This document shows positions 60,458-64,000 of a DNA stretch of 64,000 nucleotides, piece after piece. Location: positions 1,536,001-1,600,000 of the forward strand of contig OZ250172.1 of the NCBI GenBank assembly GCA_965237905.1, given 5' to 3'. Made by a program: the position numbers and the translations under genes. Under the pieces are notes generated by a model that worked only from the letters and a program-made list of their open reading frames with translations, was not told where the DNA came from and did not search any database. Position 1 is the stretch's first letter, and each line of letters begins with the position of its first letter. This stretch comes from Nitrospinaceae bacterium (lineage in GTDB: Bacteria; Nitrospinota; Nitrospinia; Nitrospinales; Nitrospinaceae).

Positions 60458-61141
60458 TTATTTCTTTTCGGCTTCAGCCGATGCATCCTTATCTTCGGCT
60501 TTATCGGCCGCCGGGGCTTCCGCACCTTCCTCTGCATCTACCTCAGCGCCTTCAACCAATTCTTCCTCTGCCGGTGCTTCTTCTTTCACTTTCACTTCAT
60601 GGACCGAAACCACGGACTCGGACAGGTTATCCAAAATTTCAGCATTTTCCGGCACCGACAAGTCGGAGACATGGACCACCTGGTCCAGCTGAACCTGAGT
60701 CATATCTATTTTGATGGACTCAGGAATTTCGCCGGGAAGACATTTGACACTCAACGTATGCAGATTAAGCTCGACCATACCGCCTAATTTTTCTCCGGGA
60801 GAATGTCCTTCCAAAATAATGGGCACATCCACTTTGATCGCCTGCTTCATATCCACTTCCAGAAAATCGGCATGTTCCCATCCATCTCGAATGGGATGTT
60901 GCTGATGTTCCTTAATCACCACGACCCGTTTGGGTTCGGAGTCGCCTTCGATGGCAAGCTCGATCAAACTATTGATGCCTTCTTTTTCGATGAGTTTTTT
61001 GAGTTCCTTGGGGTTCACCATCAGGCTGACGTTGGATTTTCCTCCGTACACGACTGCCGGCAACATGCCTTCGCCGCGTAATCGGCGGTTGGCGCCTTTG
61101 CCCCGGCCTTCTCTGATTTTTCCTTTCAATGCAACTGCCAT
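60458..61141 (-). CDS. rplY: 50S ribosomal protein L25/Ctc
   Basis: RRLR.EG.LPAVVYG, HADF; between prs and pth. Confidence 0.93.
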   Translation of the reverse strand: MAVALKGKIREGRGKGANRRLRGEGMLPAVVYGGKSNVSLMVNPKELKKLIEKEGINSLIELAIEGDSEPKRVVVIKEHQQHPIRDGWEHADFLEVDMKQAIKVDVPIILEGHSPGEKLGGMVELNLHTLSVKCLPGEIPESIKIDMTQVQLDQVVHVSDLSVPENAEILDNLSESVVSVHEVKVKEEAPAEEELVEGAEVDAEEGAEAPAADKAEDKDASAEAEKK

Positions 61142-61142
61142 T

Positions 61143-62105
61143 TTACAAATCTCCGTCTGAATCAAATAAGGAACTCACAGACGATTCGCTGTGAATTCTG
61201 ATGATCGCCTCCCCAAACAAGGGGGCGACCGATAATATTTTAATTTTGCCGATTGCCTCCAACTCCTTAGACAACGGAATGGTGTTGGTGGAAATCACCG
61301 ATTTGATCGGCGAATTTTCTATCCGTTCCCCAGCCGGTCCTGACAGGACGGGATGGGTACACAACCCGTGCACTTCCGCGGCGCCGGCATCGAGCAGGGC
61401 GTTGGTGGCTTCAATCAAGGTACCGGCCGTGTCGATCATATCGTCTACGATGATGGCGACCTTGCCTTTGACATCGCCAATGATGTTCATGGCTTTGGCA
61501 ACATTGGGCCCTTCCCGCCGCTTATCAATAATGGCGAGAGACGTCCCCAACCGCTTGGCATACGCCCGGGCGCGTTCCACACCGCCCGCGTCGGGAGAAA
61601 TAACTACCGGATCCTTGTAATTGAGCTTCTTAATGTATCCGATCAACACGTTAATGGCAAACAAATGATCCACTGGAATGTTAAAAAATCCCTGTATCTG
61701 TCCGGCATGCAAATCCATCGTCAGCACCCGGTCGGTTCCCGCCGTGTGCAGGATATCGGCTACCAGTTTCGAGGTGATGGGCACCCGTGGCTCGCATTTG
61801 CGGTCCTGACGCGCGTATCCGTAATAGGGGATGACGGCGGTGATGCGCTTGGCCGAGGCCCGTTTGAGCGCGTCGATCATGATGAGCAGTTCCATCACAT
61901 TGGTGTTGCCGGGGGTGCAGGTGGACTGGATGACGAATACGTCTCCACCGCGCACATTTTCCTCGATACGGACAAAGATTTCCTCGTCGGAAAAGGCCTT
62001 GATGGCCGAATTGCCCATATGGATGTCCATATAATTACAGATTTCCTGAACAAGACCCGGATTGGATCTTCCGGAAAAGACCAGAACTTTGCCGTTATCA
62101 CCCAT
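61143..62105 (-). CDS. prs: Ribose-phosphate pyrophosphokinase
   Basis: [38 protein letters not shown]; true start MGDNG (the ORF track extends into the tRNA). Confidence 0.96.
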   Translation of the reverse strand: MGDNGKVLVFSGRSNPGLVQEICNYMDIHMGNSAIKAFSDEEIFVRIEENVRGGDVFVIQSTCTPGNTNVMELLIMIDALKRASAKRITAVIPYYGYARQDRKCEPRVPITSKLVADILHTAGTDRVLTMDLHAGQIQGFFNIPVDHLFAINVLIGYIKKLNYKDPVVISPDAGGVERARAYAKRLGTSLAIIDKRREGPNVAKAMNIIGDVKGKVAIIVDDMIDTAGTLIEATNALLDAGAAEVHGLCTHPVLSGPAGERIENSPIKSVISTNTIPLSKELEAIGKIKILSVAPLFGEAIIRIHSESSVSSLFDSDGDL

Positions 62106-62137
62106 TGTGTGTGTCTTCCCCTTGATGAAAGAAAAAA

Positions 62138-62213
62138 TGGCTGGGGCGGGAGGACTCGAACCTCCGAATGCAGGAATCAAAATCCTGTGTCTTAGCCACT
62201 TGACGACGCCCCA
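62138..62213 (-). tRNA. tRNA-Gln (TTG)
   Basis: TGGGGCGTCGTCAAGTGGCTAAGACACAGGATTTTGATTCCTG...GGTTCGAGTCCTCCCGCCCCAGCCA; usual ispE-tRNA-prs context. Confidence 0.96.
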
Positions 62214-62435
62214 GTAATTGTATGGCTATCCTTAAAAATTCAAAGTTATTGACTGCCTTATATTCCTCGAGAAGGCCATTTCTGTCCTCCCGAAACCTAT
62301 CATAAAACGGATGTTTACTAAAAGCGATTGTAATCGTTGCTAACCGATAGACGAGTGCTTAGAGAAATTGGGCAGGCTTGTGTGAATCAGAATATCATGA
62401 CATCTTGTGCCCCACAATGCTCGGGGACATGTATT

Positions 62436-63335
62436 TCAGGGATAATTGAGGAGATTCTCCGGCATAAACTCGGAAAAGCTGGATACGGTCTCGGTCAGAA
62501 ACGTATCCCAATCCTCCTCACAACATCGGGCATAGGCCTCCTGGGCCCTTTGTGGATTCTCAAAAATACCAAAAACCGCAGAACCGCTGCCAGAAAGCAG
62601 GGCTCCGTCCGCATTCAGGGAATTCAATTTCTGCTTGATGCTGGCAATTACTGGAATCCTTTTAATAACAATAGGTTCCAGATCATTATGCAAATGCGCA
62701 CCCAAACTTGTTATATTCGACTGGGAGAGAAATTCGCGCAAAATACTAATATTTTTTGAGTTTTTTGTCAAATCGAAATTGAGAGCCTGGTAGACCTCTG
62801 AAGTGGCCATGGAGACCCTCGGAAAAACCAAAATAACATGAAATTTTTTAGGCGGTTGCAAAGGAGTCAAACGTTCGCCCCGACCCTGCCCTAAAGCCGA
62901 AGGCGCGCACAGGAAGAAGGGTATATCTGATCCTAACTGAGCGGCTATTTTAGAAAGTTCAGCGGACTTCAGTTTCAGATCCCAGAGCCGGTTCAACCCG
63001 CTCAGGACTCCGGCCGCGTTGCCACTGCCGCCTCCCAACCCGGCGCCCATGGGTATCTTCTTTTTCAGAACCATGCGACAGCCCAGCCCGGTCTTCTCCG
63101 GAACGGCCCCCCGCAACAGACGAGCGGCCCGGATCATTAGATTGCTCTCATCAACGGGCACCTTCGGATCGTCGCACACCAGTTCGATCTTGTTCTCAAG
63201 GGACTCCAATTCCACGGTATCGTACAGGCTGACCATTTGGAAAAGAGTCTCCAAATCGTGATATCCATCGGGGCGTTTGCCGAGAATGAAAAGTCCGAGA
63301 TTGATTTTGGCGGGGGTTTTAAAAACAAGTTTCAT
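62436..63335 (-). CDS. ispE: 4-diphosphocytidyl-2-C-methyl-D-erythritol kinase
   Basis: PAKINLGL, KKIPMGAGLGGGSGNAA, LGSDIPFF, LSGSGS. Confidence 0.95.
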   Translation of the reverse strand: MKLVFKTPAKINLGLFILGKRPDGYHDLETLFQMVSLYDTVELESLENKIELVCDDPKVPVDESNLMIRAARLLRGAVPEKTGLGCRMVLKKKIPMGAGLGGGSGNAAGVLSGLNRLWDLKLKSAELSKIAAQLGSDIPFFLCAPSALGQGRGERLTPLQPPKKFHVILVFPRVSMATSEVYQALNFDLTKNSKNISILREFLSQSNITSLGAHLHNDLEPIVIKRIPVIASIKQKLNSLNADGALLSGSGSAVFGIFENPQRAQEAYARCCEEDWDTFLTETVSSFSEFMPENLLNYP

Positions 63336-63350
63336 GGGTCGGGATGGGGT

Positions 63351-64000
63351 TCAATGACTTTCGGGCATATTCAATTGAAAGGCGTCTTCCGGCACCCCTT
63401 GATTGATGAGGGGATTATTGAATTTCATGACCAGCTCATCGCCTATCAGCGGACGTTGCACGGTAATGGTATGGGGGAACAGGTGCCCTTCCGCTTTTTG
63501 GTAATCTTCCCATCGCACTGTGTAAACCTGTTTCCCATCTTTCCATTTAACCAGCCGAACGGGAAGAAGGGTCTTCGTCTCCACTTCAATCTCCAGCGGG
63601 TCGTTGCGCTCGGAATCAACGGCGGTAATTTGATAGTTTCCGGTTTTGGGGTTCCAGCGGACGCCTTTCAGGTTGAGCGAAGCGAGCCGGGGAATCTTGC
63701 CCGAAAACACGCTGATGTATTCGCGAAAATCGAAAACCGTTCCAAACGTCCGCATCATGATATCCCACACCTCCCTATTCCGGTACAGTTTGTTGCTTTT
63801 GGTATCGTACAGAAGAATTTGAGTTTGATCGGAAATCAACACGCCGACCGGTTGACTGAACAGATTCAGGGTATCCAGCCGCAACGAGGTGTCTCCATCA
63901 ATTAAGAGCGCCTGTTTGAGGTTGTGGCTCCTCTCCGGAGTCTTGATCGCGGACTTGACCCTGGATTTGACATTATGAATGCCCTCCTGCTGGGTCGTCA
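63351..64000 (-). CDS. LolB/LolA-like fold protein (5' end outside window)
   Basis: Beta-rich ORF immediately upstream of ispE, the usual lolB position. Confidence 0.55.
   Translation of the reverse strand, partial: TTQQEGIHNVKSRVKSAIKTPERSHNLKQALLIDGDTSLRLDTLNLFSQPVGVLISDQTQILLYDTKSNKLYRNREVWDIMMRTFGTVFDFREYISVFSGKIPRLASLNLKGVRWNPKTGNYQITAVDSERNDPLEIEVETKTLLPVRLVKWKDGKQVYTVRWEDYQKAEGHLFPHTITVQRPLIGDELVMKFNNPLINQGVPEDAFQLNMPESH

Overview
A mostly housekeeping bacterial chromosome segment; gene content and style suggest a Gram-negative organism, possibly Nitrospina-like (inference only). Core genes include pilMNOPQ, miaB, fabF, nagZ, a frameshifted GH57 gene, an MsbA-like ABC transporter, a ComD/ComE-like decarboxylase pair, ppdK, glyS, glyQ, mnmG, apt, an ExeA-like ATPase, yacG, ribF, tatB, dusB, hisI/hisG, mqnA, hppA, pth, rplY, prs, ispE, tRNA-Leu(CAG) and tRNA-Gln(TTG). 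Between about 25 and 46 kb, small, mostly AT-rich one- to three-gene cassettes are inserted with no integrase or transposase in the window. They are: a DUF4062 gene; a GIY-YIG + HEPN + HEPN triplet (candidate defence system); a TPR lipoprotein; a Fic gene; and tandem variable outer-membrane barrels. The cassettes have recurring junction signatures. The same ~45-bp promoter precedes two unrelated cassettes. A displaced, diverged copy of the host gene's 3' end follows two others. Two tandem 81-bp att-like units abut the tRNA-Leu CCA end. Several REP-like palindromic repeat families fill the intergenic spaces.
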